A stretch of DNA of 64,000 nucleotides from Thermoanaerobaculia bacterium (GTDB lineage Bacteria > Acidobacteriota > Thermoanaerobaculia > UBA5066 > Gp7-AA6): positions 4,084-68,083 of the forward strand of contig DATJXB010000069.1 of NCBI GenBank assembly GCA_035500755.1. The letters run 5' to 3'. Below, piece by piece: positions 35,669 to 45,075 of this stretch. Both the position numbers and the translations under genes were made by a program. Under the pieces are notes generated by a model that saw only the letters and a list, made by a program, of their open reading frames with translations, was not told where the DNA came from and made no database searches. Within the stretch, counting starts at the first letter, position 1. Every line of letters starts with the position of its first letter.

Positions 35669-37121
35669 TCGCCTCGCGGATTCTTCCCTCGACGATCGGG
35701 AAGAATGGATTGCAGTTGAGGCGCATCAACTGGTCGAGCGGAACCGTGAGCACGCCTTTCTCCCCGCGCGGGGCGAGGAGCCCGAGCCGCAGCCCGTAGT
35801 CCTGCGCCATGTCCGGCGCGATGCCGAAGAGCGGGTCGTCCGGCCGGAACGGCACCGCCAGGTGCGAGAGCGAGAAGATCTGCGGCGGCCACGCCAGACC
35901 CGGGGTTTCCTCGGCCGCCGTCGTGGAGCCGGGCGGCAGAACCTTGACGACGACGTCGGGCGTTCCGGCGCGGGCGTTCGTGACGACCGAGAGCCGATAC
36001 TTGCGATCCGGCTTCGCGAAAAGCGCCGCGAGCCGGTCGTCGTCGCTTTTCGCGAGGAGGCCGAGCTCGACGGCCGAGCGGTTCACGTCGAACAGGACGA
36101 GCTCGCTGCCGTTGTCCTGGAGCTTCCCGAAGAGGGTGTCGACCGTCGCCCAGGTGTCGACCGTCGAGTCGACGAGCGAGGCGAACGCGAGGATCGGCGG
36201 CAGCGCGCGGATGCGGTCGGCCGCGGCCTCCCGGTCGATCTCAGCCTGGATCTCGCGCGTGATCTCGGTCGTCTGCTGGCCGGCGTAGGCGGGGAACGAG
36301 TTGTACTTGAACGGGTTGAACTCGGGCTGGATGTCGAGCCAGCGCGACTGGGCGAAGTAGGGGATCGCGCCGACCGCGCCGACGAGCTTCGCCATCGCGG
36401 TCGCGGCTCCGGCAAAGCGCGTGACGCCGATCATCGGCGAGAGCAGCACGACGCGGGTCGCCCGCGGCAGGGAAGCGTCGTCGAGGGCGTCGAGGGCGTA
36501 CTGGACCGCGAGCGCGCCGCCGTTCGAGTAGCCGACGATGTGGAAGGGCAGGTTCGGGCCGACGCGCGCGCGAACGGCGCGGGCGCCGAGACGCGCGGCC
36601 GCGCGCCAGTCCTCCCAGCGCGCCTCGGTCAGCGCGCCGGGAATCGTGCCGTGGCCGGGGACGCGGAGCGCGAGCGCGTAGAAGCCTTCTTTCGCGTAGA
36701 CCTCGGCTTCCGCGCGGACGCTGTACGGCGAGTCGGTCAGGCCGTGGAGGAGCAGGACGCCGCCGCGGACCTCGCCCTCGGGCACGAGCTCGTAGGTGTG
36801 GTTCCAGTTCCTGGCGAACCGCAGCGGGTTCGTGACGCCTTCGGCGGCGTAACGGCTCAAGCGCTCGCGGACGTCGGGGGCGCCGGGCACGATGATCTTC
36901 TTCTCCATCTCGGCGAAGAGGGCGTCCTCGAGGCGGAGGTAGTCGGCGAGCGTGGCGGAGGGGCCGATGTCCTTCGCGCGGACCTCGCCGGCGAGCGTCC
37001 CGTGCCACGGCTGGAGCGGCGGTTTGCTCCGCGCGTCGCAGGCGCGCACGAAGACGAGCGTGACGACGACGATGAACGCGACGTCGACGATGCCGAAGAC
37101 CCACTTGAAGAAGCGCTTCAT
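35655..37121 (-). CDS. Membrane-anchored alpha/beta hydrolase (lysophospholipase-like)
   Basis: N-terminal TM (FGIVDVAFIVVVTLVFV). HGLTDSPYS oxyanion region and nucleophile elbow GYSNGG. Its 3' end overlaps the convergent Rieske gene by 14 nt. Confidence 0.8.
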   Translation of the reverse strand: MKRFFKWVFGIVDVAFIVVVTLVFVRACDARSKPPLQPWHGTLAGEVRAKDIGPSATLADYLRLEDALFAEMEKKIIVPGAPDVRERLSRYAAEGVTNPLRFARNWNHTYELVPEGEVRGGVLLLHGLTDSPYSVRAEAEVYAKEGFYALALRVPGHGTIPGALTEARWEDWRAAARLGARAVRARVGPNLPFHIVGYSNGGALAVQYALDALDDASLPRATRVVLLSPMIGVTRFAGAATAMAKLVGAVGAIPYFAQSRWLDIQPEFNPFKYNSFPAYAGQQTTEITREIQAEIDREAAADRIRALPPILAFASLVDSTVDTWATVDTLFGKLQDNGSELVLFDVNRSAVELGLLAKSDDDRLAALFAKPDRKYRLSVVTNARAGTPDVVVKVLPPGSTTAAEETPGLAWPPQIFSLSHLAVPFRPDDPLFGIAPDMAQDYGLRLGLLAPRGEKGVLTVPLDQLMRLNCNPFFPIVEGRIREAITKK

Positions 37122-37166
37122 GGCCGCGGAGTCTACCGCCGACCGATCCCCTCTCTCTTCTTCCCC

Positions 37167-37188
37167 CTCTCCCCCGTGAGGGGGAGAG
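37167..37188. terminator. CTCTCCCCC-GTGA-GGGGGAGAG hairpin (REP-like) after the amidohydrolase gene
   Basis: Perfect 9-bp stem with a GTGA loop, embedded in a 29-nt all-pyrimidine tract (37147-37175) followed by a G-rich segment. No U-tract. Confidence 0.45.
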
Positions 37189-37206
37189 TGTTGGGGTGAG
37201 GGGTCG

Positions 37207-40200
37207 CTACTTCTTCCAGAAAAACGTCGGCGCGGGCTCCTCGTGGGGCCAGACCTTCTTCATCGTCTCGGCCTCCCACATCTCGCCGTTCTTCACGACC
37301 CACCGGATCTTCGTCGTGTTGTGGATGTCGTCGAGCGGGTTGGCGTCGAGGACCATGAAGTCGGCGAGCTTGCCGGCCTCGATCGAGCCGAGATCCGGGG
37401 AGAAGCCGATCTTGTCGGCGGCGAGGATCGTCGACGCGCGCAGCGCCTCCATCGGCGTCATGGCCCAGTTCTTCTGCGTCGCCCCTTCTCCCGCCATCGC
37501 CCAGATCTCCCAGTGCGGCCCGAGGCCCTGGAGCTGGCCGTGGGCGCCGAGGGCGACGTTGCCGCCGGCCCGCAGGACCTGGGCCGCGCCGTGCGCGACC
37601 GTGGGGAAGTGGTACTCGGCCGGCCAGATCCACGGGTGGCGGCGCGCCATGCGGTCGAGCCCCTCGTGCGGCACGAAGCGGTTCAGCTTGGGGTCGTCGT
37701 GCGGGTTGGCCGTCTGCCAGTAGTAGAGCTCGCCCCACGGCCCGCCGTAGGCGACGAGCAGCGTCGGCGTGTAGAACGTCGTGGACCTGGCGAGGAAGTC
37801 GATCGTGTCCTTGCCGAGCGCGACCGGCAGCGCGTGCTCCCAGGCCGTGAAGCCGTCCATCACCATGGTCAGGTCCGTCTGGAGCTCGCCCGCGCCCTCG
37901 GCCGTCAGGAGCATGTGGAGCTCGCGGCACGCCTCGGCGAAATAGATCCGCTGCGAGCGCCGCGGCTGCTGGTAGACCTTGATCATCCGCGCGCCGTACG
38001 CCTTCATGCGGCGGACCTGGTGCTTCGCGTCGTCGAGGTTGTTGACCTCGGCAAAGATGCCCGCCTGCTGTCCGCCGTAGAGAACGTCGCCCGAGGAGTA
38101 GACGCGCGGCCCCACCATGAGGCCCGCCTCCACGTCCTCGGCCTGGGCGAAGACGTCGAGCGACGGCGCGGACGGGTCGTAGACGGTCGTCACGCCGTAG
38201 GCGAGGTTGGCGAGGTACTCCCACTTCGCTTCGGGGAAGAGCTCGAAGCCGGAGTAGTGAAGGTGCGCGTGGGTGTCGATGAACCCGGGGAGGATCGTCT
38301 CCCCCTTCGCGTCGTAGACCCGCGCGCCGGCGGGGACGGTCAGGGTCCCGGTCGGTCCGACGGCCGCGAGCCGGTTCCCGGTCACGAGGACGTCGGCGTT
38401 CTCGAGGACGGCGTCGCCCCTCATCGTGATGACGCGCGCGCCGCGCAGGAGGAAGGACCCCTCCGGCGCCGGCCGCGGCGCGGTCAGCGCGATCTCGATC
38501 GTCTCGGACTTCGGCACCCGCGACTCCTGGACCTTCTCCTTTTCCTTGTCGGCCTTCTCCTCGTCCGTGGCGGGCGCGCCCTTCTTCGCCTCCTGTTGTT
38601 TCGCCTTCTCCTCGGCCTTGCGCCGCTCCTCGCGCGCGAAGTCGAGCGCCGACGAAAGCGGCAGACGGTAGAAGGTGTTCGCGAGCGCCCACGTGATCGT
38701 CTTGCCGCCGTCGGCCCAGCGCACGTAGCCGCCGGCGTCGTCGGAGAGCCGGTACACGGGCACGGCGCCTTCCTTCAACGACACCTCGGGAGGCTCCTTC
38801 AGCAGCACGCCCGGCATCGCCGTGACGTAGACGTTGTCGCGCGACGTGAACACGATCCATTGCCCGTCGGGCGACGGCACGATGTCGTCGACGGCGGGGA
38901 AGCGGATGTAGCGGCGCTTGTCGCTCCCGTCCGGCCGCACGGCCACGAGGTCGGCCTTCGGGTCGTCGGTGGGTTTCTTCAGCTCGATCGGGTCGCGGTA
39001 CCAGAGGCGCGAGCCGTCGGCGCTCCAGAAGACCTGGGGGTGGAAGCGCAGGCCGTCGCCGAGCTTGTCCGCGGTGACGAGCTTCGGATCGCCGCCGGCG
39101 GCGTCGAGCGTGACGATCTCGAAGAAGTCCTCTTCCTCGGGCTGATGACCGCGGAACTCGAGGCCCGATCCGCGCACGAGCGCGAGCTGGTCGCCCTTCG
39201 GCGACCACGCCGGGTTCATGTAGTGGCCGGCCTGCCGCGTCAGCTTCACCGGCGCCGAGCCGGGGACCGCGGCCGCCTTCCAGACGTTGCCTCCGCCGGC
39301 GTCGCTCCACGAGACGTAGGCGATCCACTTGCCGTCGGCGGAGAAGGCCGGCGCGTACTCGCGCTTCGGCAGCGCGGCGTCGGCCTTCGTCAGCCGGCGC
39401 GGCGCGCCCACGGTCTTGCCGCCCGCGATCTCCTGCAGCCACACGCGGCCGAAGGCCTCGAACGCGATCCAGCGCCCGTCGGGCGACTGGCTCGGCCAGC
39501 GGAGGATGCGGGCGCGGACGGGCCCCTGCGCGACGTTCTCCTGGAACGTCACGCGCGGCGCGATGAACTGCTCGACGGGCGCCGTGAACGGGATCTCCTG
39601 GCGGGCGCCGCTCGCGACGTCGAGCCGCGTCAGGTGTCCCTTGTCCGAGAAGACGAGCGTCTTGCCGTCGGGCGTGAAGGCGTAGTTCGGCCAGAGGTCC
39701 ATCTGGGCGAACCCTTCCTCCTCGTCGCGCGTGACGGCGCGCGCGAGGATCCGCTCGCTGCCCGCGGCGAGGTCGCGGGCGACCAGCACGGTCTCGTCGT
39801 CGCGGCGCGAGACGTAGACCAGCGTCTTGCCGTCGGGCGAGATCGCGGGCCGCACCGCGCCGCCGAAGCCGTTCGTGACCGGGAAGCTGTCGGCGAGGTC
39901 GCGGTCGTAGCGGTAGATCTGCCAGAGGCCGTCCTGGAGGTTCGGGATGTAGTTGAAGCGCCGCTGCCGCGCCTCGTAGTAGATCGAGCGGCCGTCCCGC
40001 GAGACGACGGCGCCGCCGGCGTTGTTCACGTCGTCGGAGGAGGTCAGCTTGATGCCGCCGCCGCCTTCGCGGTGGTAGATCCAGAGCTCGACGGGCGGGA
40101 TGCCGCCGCGCTTGCCGTCTTCCTTGCGGGCGACGAGGTAGTTGCCGTCGGGCGTCCAGGCGGCGCTCCGGACGTACGCGTCCTTCTCCGTCGTGAGCGC

Positions 40201-40605
40201 GCGCGGGTTCTTGCCGTCGGCGTCCATCAGCCAGACGTTTTCGATGCCGCTGCGGTCGGACGTGAAGGCGATCGTCTTTCCGTCGGGCGAGTAGCGCGGG
40301 TGCGAGTCGAAGGCGGGGCCGCTCGTGATCGCGGTCGCGGCGCCGCCCGAAAGCGGGACGACGTAAATGTCGCCGAGCAGGTCGAAGGCGATCGTGCGCC
40401 CGTCGGGCGACACGTCGAGCGAGATCCACGTGCCCTCGTTCGCCGTGAAAGCGATCTTGCGGGCGTCCTCGCGCGGCTGGTTGATGTCGGCGGCCGGGTC
40501 CTTCCGGGCGTCGCCGGGGGGATCGGCCGCGAGCGCGGCCGAAGCGGTCGTGAAAGCGAGCCCGAGGGCGAGGAGCGTGCGGGGGCCGGAGAGCCGTGAG
40601 CGCAT
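37207..40605 (-). CDS. TolB-like PD40 beta-propeller + amidohydrolase-family protein
   Basis: Signal peptide. Many PD40-type repeats (SPDGRTIAF, SPDGKTIAFTSDRSG, TPDGNYLV, SPDGKTLVYVS, SPDGRWIAF, SADGKWIAYVS). The C-terminal metal-hydrolase domain has GFIDTHAHLH. Confidence 0.9.
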   Translation of the reverse strand: MRSRLSGPRTLLALGLAFTTASAALAADPPGDARKDPAADINQPREDARKIAFTANEGTWISLDVSPDGRTIAFDLLGDIYVVPLSGGAATAITSGPAFDSHPRYSPDGKTIAFTSDRSGIENVWLMDADGKNPRALTTEKDAYVRSAAWTPDGNYLVARKEDGKRGGIPPVELWIYHREGGGGIKLTSSDDVNNAGGAVVSRDGRSIYYEARQRRFNYIPNLQDGLWQIYRYDRDLADSFPVTNGFGGAVRPAISPDGKTLVYVSRRDDETVLVARDLAAGSERILARAVTRDEEEGFAQMDLWPNYAFTPDGKTLVFSDKGHLTRLDVASGARQEIPFTAPVEQFIAPRVTFQENVAQGPVRARILRWPSQSPDGRWIAFEAFGRVWLQEIAGGKTVGAPRRLTKADAALPKREYAPAFSADGKWIAYVSWSDAGGGNVWKAAAVPGSAPVKLTRQAGHYMNPAWSPKGDQLALVRGSGLEFRGHQPEEEDFFEIVTLDAAGGDPKLVTADKLGDGLRFHPQVFWSADGSRLWYRDPIELKKPTDDPKADLVAVRPDGSDKRRYIRFPAVDDIVPSPDGQWIVFTSRDNVYVTAMPGVLLKEPPEVSLKEGAVPVYRLSDDAGGYVRWADGGKTITWALANTFYRLPLSSALDFAREERRKAEEKAKQQEAKKGAPATDEEKADKEKEKVQESRVPKSETIEIALTAPRPAPEGSFLLRGARVITMRGDAVLENADVLVTGNRLAAVGPTGTLTVPAGARVYDAKGETILPGFIDTHAHLHYSGFELFPEAKWEYLANLAYGVTTVYDPSAPSLDVFAQAEDVEAGLMVGPRVYSSGDVLYGGQQAGIFAEVNNLDDAKHQVRRMKAYGARMIKVYQQPRRSQRIYFAEACRELHMLLTAEGAGELQTDLTMVMDGFTAWEHALPVALGKDTIDFLARSTTFYTPTLLVAYGGPWGELYYWQTANPHDDPKLNRFVPHEGLDRMARRHPWIWPAEYHFPTVAHGAAQVLRAGGNVALGAHGQLQGLGPHWEIWAMAGEGATQKNWAMTPMEALRASTILAADKIGFSPDLGSIEAGKLADFMVLDANPLDDIHNTTKIRWVVKNGEMWEAETMKKVWPHEEPAPTFFWKK

Positions 40606-40728
40606 GCGTTTCTCCTTGACCGGGTCTTCCGTTTTTCAGGATCGATGCCGCCGGGAAGGGGCGGATTATCCGTCGCCGCCGAGGCGGCTTGTCAACAGGG
40701 AACTGATCGGAGCGACAATTCGTCGGAC

Positions 40729-41364
40729 ATGAGAACCCGGACGGCGGCGATCCTCCTCGGGGCGGCGGTCGTGGCGTTCGTCCTCCGGCATCCCGTCGAG
40801 CTCGCGCTCCTGCGCCATCGCGCCACGGCGCGGCCCGACGTGTCCGGTGAGCCCGTCCAGACGGCCGAGGAGCGGGCGCCCTTCGAGCACGCCGCCGGCC
40901 GGGAGCGCTACCGGATCGTGCCGCGCTACCGCTGGGACGAGAGCGCGCGCGTCGTCGGCGAGGAACCGTATCGTTTTGGCGCAGCCGGGTCGCTCATTCC
41001 GAAGGACCTGGCGCTCGCCTGGGGGCCGCTCCTCGCGCCGCCGTATGCCGGGCGGGTCTCGTTCAGCCAGGGCGCGCGCTTCTTCTTCTGGCGGACGAAG
41101 GACGCCTCGCTCGACCGCGGCACGATCGTGTCGCACTGCGCCAACACGCACGTCATCCCGGCGACGAGCCGCCTCGCGCGGGCGCTCGGAGGCGTGTCCG
41201 AAGGCGACGACGTGCGGCTCGAGGGCTGGCTCGTCGACGTCGAGGGGATCTCGGATCCGTCGTTTCGATGGACGACGAGCACCACGCGCACCGACGAGGG
41301 CCCCAACTCGTGCGAGACCGTCTACCTCGAGCGGCTGACGATCAACGAGCGGGTGTACGAGTAG
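40729..41364 (+). CDS. Hypothetical exported/membrane-anchored protein
   Basis: The internal ATG 40729 gives an N-terminal hydrophobic helix (AAILLGAAVVAFVL). Protein-like composition. No family recognised. Confidence 0.65.
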   Translation: MRTRTAAILLGAAVVAFVLRHPVELALLRHRATARPDVSGEPVQTAEERAPFEHAAGRERYRIVPRYRWDESARVVGEEPYRFGAAGSLIPKDLALAWGPLLAPPYAGRVSFSQGARFFFWRTKDASLDRGTIVSHCANTHVIPATSRLARALGGVSEGDDVRLEGWLVDVEGISDPSFRWTTSTTRTDEGPNSCETVYLERLTINERVYE

Positions 41365-41369
41365 GCGGC

Positions 41370-41717
41370 CTACTCCTCGAAGATGCCGACGTCGGTGAAC
41401 AGGGTGAAGGACTCGGGGAACGCGCCGTCTTTGGCGGTCGCAAAGGAGAGTGTCGACGCGTCGGCGAAGTGGATGGCGATGTTCTTCTGCGCTTCGATCG
41501 AGACCCGGGCGACGCGCTTTTTCATCTGGCCGAGCAGCGCATTCGCGAACCCGGGGTCGCCGGTCGCCTGCGTCGCGCCCCGCGCCGTCACGAGGATCGG
41601 CGTGTAGACGTTCAGCAACGGATTCAGGTTGAAGTGGAGCTGGACGTAGTCGACGAAAAACCCGACGCCGCTCAGGGTCTCCTCGAGCAACGCGTCAAAC
41701 CAGGCGATCTCGGCCAT
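41370..41717 (-). CDS. Small hypothetical cytoplasmic protein (115 aa)
   Basis: ATG start. Balanced, non-Arg/Pro-rich composition (FFVDYVQLHFNLNPLLNVYTPILV...), unlike shadow ORFs. Downstream of the ABC permease on the same strand. No family recognised. Confidence 0.6.
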   Translation of the reverse strand: MAEIAWFDALLEETLSGVGFFVDYVQLHFNLNPLLNVYTPILVTARGATQATGDPGFANALLGQMKKRVARVSIEAQKNIAIHFADASTLSFATAKDGAFPESFTLFTDVGIFEE

Positions 41718-41904
41718 GAAGGGTCACCCTTTGTCCGGGGCCCTCTGGGCCCGCGCGCGTAGACTGCGCCCTAACAGGCGTCGAAATCGACTCGGAAAAA
41801 TACGGGCGGCCCGGCGCCAGCCCGGTCAGACCGCAGGCGCCGGATCGCCGCCACGGCCAGGACGCATCCCGGGTGTCGAACAGCCTGAAACCGGGTCGAG
41901 CCTT

Positions 41905-43191
41905 CTAGGCCGCCTCCCACCTTTCGGCAAGCCGGCGGGCGACCAGAAAGAACGCGACGCCAAGCCCCACGAGGACCGTTACTTGCGGCCAGATCGCCCA
42001 GACCGGCTCGTCCCGCCAGAAGATTTTCTGAAAGCCGTCGAGCGCCCAGGCATTCAACGTGATGAGGCCGATCTTCTGGAGCCTCTCGGACATCAGGAAG
42101 CGGGGAAACAGGCTCCCGCCCAGGGCCGACATCAGGAGGATCGAGAGGTTCGACAGTGCGACGAGCTGCATGCGCGACCGGCAGACCGACGCGAGCATGA
42201 GTCCGAAGGCCGAGGCGGCCAGCGCCGTCGCGACGGTCATGATCAGGAACCCGGGGATGTGGTTCCAGAGCTCGAGGCCGAACAGGACGGCGCCCCACAC
42301 GAACATCAGGGTCAGTTGCGCGATGCCGATGCCGGCGAGGTAGAGGAGCTTGCCGAGCAGGAGCTTCGTCATCGAGGCGCGCGTCGACAGGATCCGGTCG
42401 AGCGTTCCGCTCTCGGCTTCCTCGATCAGGGCGCCGCCCGCGCCGGCCGCCGAGAAGAGGAGGAACATCACGCCGAGCCCTGCGGCGTAGAACGTCACCG
42501 TCGGGTTCCGCTTCTTCTCGCCGACGACGTCCTTCGTCTCGACCGCCACGAGTCCGCCGCCGCCGCGCGGCGCCGGCGCGGCGGTGCCGTCGCCCCGGGG
42601 CTTGTCGATCTCGCCGATCGCCGCCTCCATCCGGGTCTTCTGCTCCGGCGTCAGGCCGCCGCTCCAGCGGTCGACCTCGGCCATTCCCGTGCGGGCGAGA
42701 GACGCCGGCATCGACGTCATCGCGACCTTCTGCACCAGGCCGTTGACGACCTGCGGGGCGATCGGATCCGCGCTGTCGGCGAGAAGCCGGAGCGCGACGC
42801 GATCGGCGCCCGGGCCGAACGCGATCGCCTTCTCGCCGAAGCCCTTCGGGATGATGAGGGCGGCGGAGACGTCGCCCTTCCTCACGACGTGCTCCGCTTC
42901 CGCGGCCGTGTAGAGCGGCCCGGCGGGGTCGTCCTCGCGGCCCGGCTTCAGGCCGACGGACAGGCCGGCCTCGGCCTTCAGGCCGGCGACGAAGCGTTTC
43001 GAGGCGTCGCTCTGGTCCTCGTCGACGACGACGAGAGCGATCTGGCGCGTGGCGGCGCGTCCGGCGCCCGCGAAGATGCCCGCGAAGATCGTGAAGAACG
43101 CCACCGGGAGGACGAACGCCAGCACGAACGCCGCGCGGTCGCGCCGCAGGTTCAGGACTCGGTTCTTCGCGACCGCGAGGATCAGGCTCAT
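41905..43191 (-). CDS. ABC-2-type transporter permease with large extracytoplasmic loop
   Basis: Last 428 aa of the 741-aa track ORF. ATG overlaps the ATPase stop (ATGA at 43188-43191). TM1 is followed by a ~200-aa loop, then 5 C-terminal TMs, typical of ABC-2 permeases. Confidence 0.85.
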   Translation of the reverse strand: MSLILAVAKNRVLNLRRDRAAFVLAFVLPVAFFTIFAGIFAGAGRAATRQIALVVVDEDQSDASKRFVAGLKAEAGLSVGLKPGREDDPAGPLYTAAEAEHVVRKGDVSAALIIPKGFGEKAIAFGPGADRVALRLLADSADPIAPQVVNGLVQKVAMTSMPASLARTGMAEVDRWSGGLTPEQKTRMEAAIGEIDKPRGDGTAAPAPRGGGGLVAVETKDVVGEKKRNPTVTFYAAGLGVMFLLFSAAGAGGALIEEAESGTLDRILSTRASMTKLLLGKLLYLAGIGIAQLTLMFVWGAVLFGLELWNHIPGFLIMTVATALAASAFGLMLASVCRSRMQLVALSNLSILLMSALGGSLFPRFLMSERLQKIGLITLNAWALDGFQKIFWRDEPVWAIWPQVTVLVGLGVAFFLVARRLAERWEAA

Positions 43192-44123
43192 TCGCGCAGC
43201 TCCCGTCCCGTCAGCTGCAGGAAGACCTGCTCGAGCGTCGGCGTCTTCAGCGTCAGGTCGCGAACCGGGATGCGCTCGGCGTGGAACAGCTCGAGGAGAT
43301 TCCGGATCGCTTCGGCCGGGTCCTGGACCGAGACGCGCACCTGGAGCCCGTCTCGCTGCGCGCCGAGCGCGGCGAGCTTGCCCGCGAGCGCCGCGGGGAT
43401 TTCGGCGGCGGCGTCGATCGTGACGGCCTGGCGGGCGCCGACCGTCTGCCGGACGAGCTCGTCCTTCGTGCCCGACGCGATGATCCGCCCGTGGTCGATG
43501 ATCGCGATCCGGTCGCACAGGCGCTCGGCCTCTTCCATGTAGTGCGTCGTGTAGAGGAGAGAGACGCCCCGGCGCTTGAGCTCCCCGATCATGGCGTAGA
43601 TTCGCTCGCGCGACTGCGGGTCCACACCGACGGTGGGCTCGTCGAGCAGGAGCACCTTCGGGCCGTGCACGGTCCCCGCCGCGATGTTCAGGCGCCGCTT
43701 CATGCCGCCCGAGAGCTTGTCGGTCTTGTCGTCGGCGCGGTCGGCGAGGCCGACCCAGGCGAGGCTCTCGTCGATCGACCGGTCGAGCGCCGCGCCGGTC
43801 AGGCCCTGGTAGCGCCCGAAGGTCCAGAGATTCTCGCGCGGAGAGAGCAGCGCGTAGAGGGCGATCTCCTGCGGCACCCAGCCCCGGACGGCGCGAGCGC
43901 GGTCGTCGGTCGCGTCGAACCCGAGCACCCGCACCGTGCCCTTTTCGGGGATGACCCGGCCCGCGACGCTCCGGACGAGCGTCGTCTTGCCGGCGCCGTT
44001 CGGGCCGAGGAGACCGAGGATCTCGGAGGGACGCAGGTCGAGCGAAACGCCGTCGAGGGCGCGCCGGTCGGCGAAGGACTTGCTGACGTCGCGGATCTCG
44101 AGGGGCAGGGGGCTCACCGGCAC
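43188..44123 (-). CDS. ABC transporter ATP-binding protein
   Basis: Walker A GPNGAGKT, signature LSGGMKRRL, Walker B LLLDEPT, H-loop TTHYMEEA. The start codon is GTG. Confidence 0.92.
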   Translation of the reverse strand: MPVSPLPLEIRDVSKSFADRRALDGVSLDLRPSEILGLLGPNGAGKTTLVRSVAGRVIPEKGTVRVLGFDATDDRARAVRGWVPQEIALYALLSPRENLWTFGRYQGLTGAALDRSIDESLAWVGLADRADDKTDKLSGGMKRRLNIAAGTVHGPKVLLLDEPTVGVDPQSRERIYAMIGELKRRGVSLLYTTHYMEEAERLCDRIAIIDHGRIIASGTKDELVRQTVGARQAVTIDAAAEIPAALAGKLAALGAQRDGLQVRVSVQDPAEAIRNLLELFHAERIPVRDLTLKTPTLEQVFLQLTGRELRE

Positions 44124-44228
44124 GCCGCAATCCTAGCCGATCGCCGCGCGGCGGCCGTCGAGCCTGGACGCGGCCTTGTGGCTCCGGGACACCTGGGTTA
44201 ACCTGCGCCGCTTGTCCCTCAAAACCTC

Positions 44229-45041
44229 ATGAGCTCCCTGACGTTCGTCCTGCTCGTCGTCGCCGGAAGTCTCGGCATCCTGCTGTCCTTCGCGCAAGCG
44301 CGGTCCCGGGCCGTCTTCGCCGAGGACGGGTTCGAGGAGCCGGGGCGCCGTGCGGTCGCGATGGGTTTGCTCGCGGGCGTCCTGCTCCTGACGGTCGCCA
44401 TCCCGTTCGCGGGCGGCCTCGCCGGGGCGCAGCCGGAGACCAAGGAGCTCTCGCTCGTGTCGGTGTTCGCCGTGCACGGCATGCTGCTCTTTTTCCTCGC
44501 CTGCTACTACGCGCTGTCGGGCCGGGACTCGATCGCCGAGTTTCTCCGCCTTCGCAGCGACGCGCCGGCGACCGAGCTCGGCCGCGGCGTCGTGATCGGG
44601 ATCGCCGGATGGCTCCTGACGATCGTCACCGCGATGATTCTCGTCGGCGCCTGGTACCTCGTCGCCCAGCGGTTCCGTCCCGACGGCGGAACCGGCGCCG
44701 GCGGCGCGATCTCGCCGACGATCGTCTGGCTGGTGTCGCGCCCGCTCTGGGTCCGGCTCCTCATCGTCGTTTCGGCCATGGTCGTGGAGGAGCTCTTCTT
44801 CCGCTCTTTCCTCCAGCCGCGCGTCGGCGCGGTGGCGGCGACGCTCATGTTCACCGCCGCGCACGGCGCGTACGGCCAGCCGCTGATGCTGGTCGGGATC
44901 CTCGTCATCTCGACGGTGCTCTCGGTGACCTTCGCGCGCTCGCGGAGCGTGTTGCCCTGCATGGCGGCGCACGGCGTCTTCGACGCGATCCAGATGTTCG
45001 TCGTCATCCCCTGGTACCTGAGCCAGGTTCAGGCACCCTGA
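44229..45041 (+). CDS. CPBP-family intramembrane glutamic endopeptidase (CAAX protease/Abi-like)
   Basis: Polytopic membrane protein with motifs VVEELFFRSF (EExxxR), FTAAHG (FxxxH) and HGVFDA (HxxxD). Confidence 0.85.
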   Translation: MSSLTFVLLVVAGSLGILLSFAQARSRAVFAEDGFEEPGRRAVAMGLLAGVLLLTVAIPFAGGLAGAQPETKELSLVSVFAVHGMLLFFLACYYALSGRDSIAEFLRLRSDAPATELGRGVVIGIAGWLLTIVTAMILVGAWYLVAQRFRPDGGTGAGGAISPTIVWLVSRPLWVRLLIVVSAMVVEELFFRSFLQPRVGAVAATLMFTAAHGAYGQPLMLVGILVISTVLSVTFARSRSVLPCMAAHGVFDAIQMFVVIPWYLSQVQAP

Positions 45042-45075
45042 GCGGCAGGGCCGGGCCGCCCTGATAAAATTGGCC

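Noticed and set aside
37133-40599. 1098-aa (minus, other frame) and 1118-aa (plus) ORFs overlapping the amidohydrolase gene
   Set aside because: The 37207-40605 frame carries PD40 repeats and the HxH amidohydrolase motif. The other two are compositionally biased shadows.
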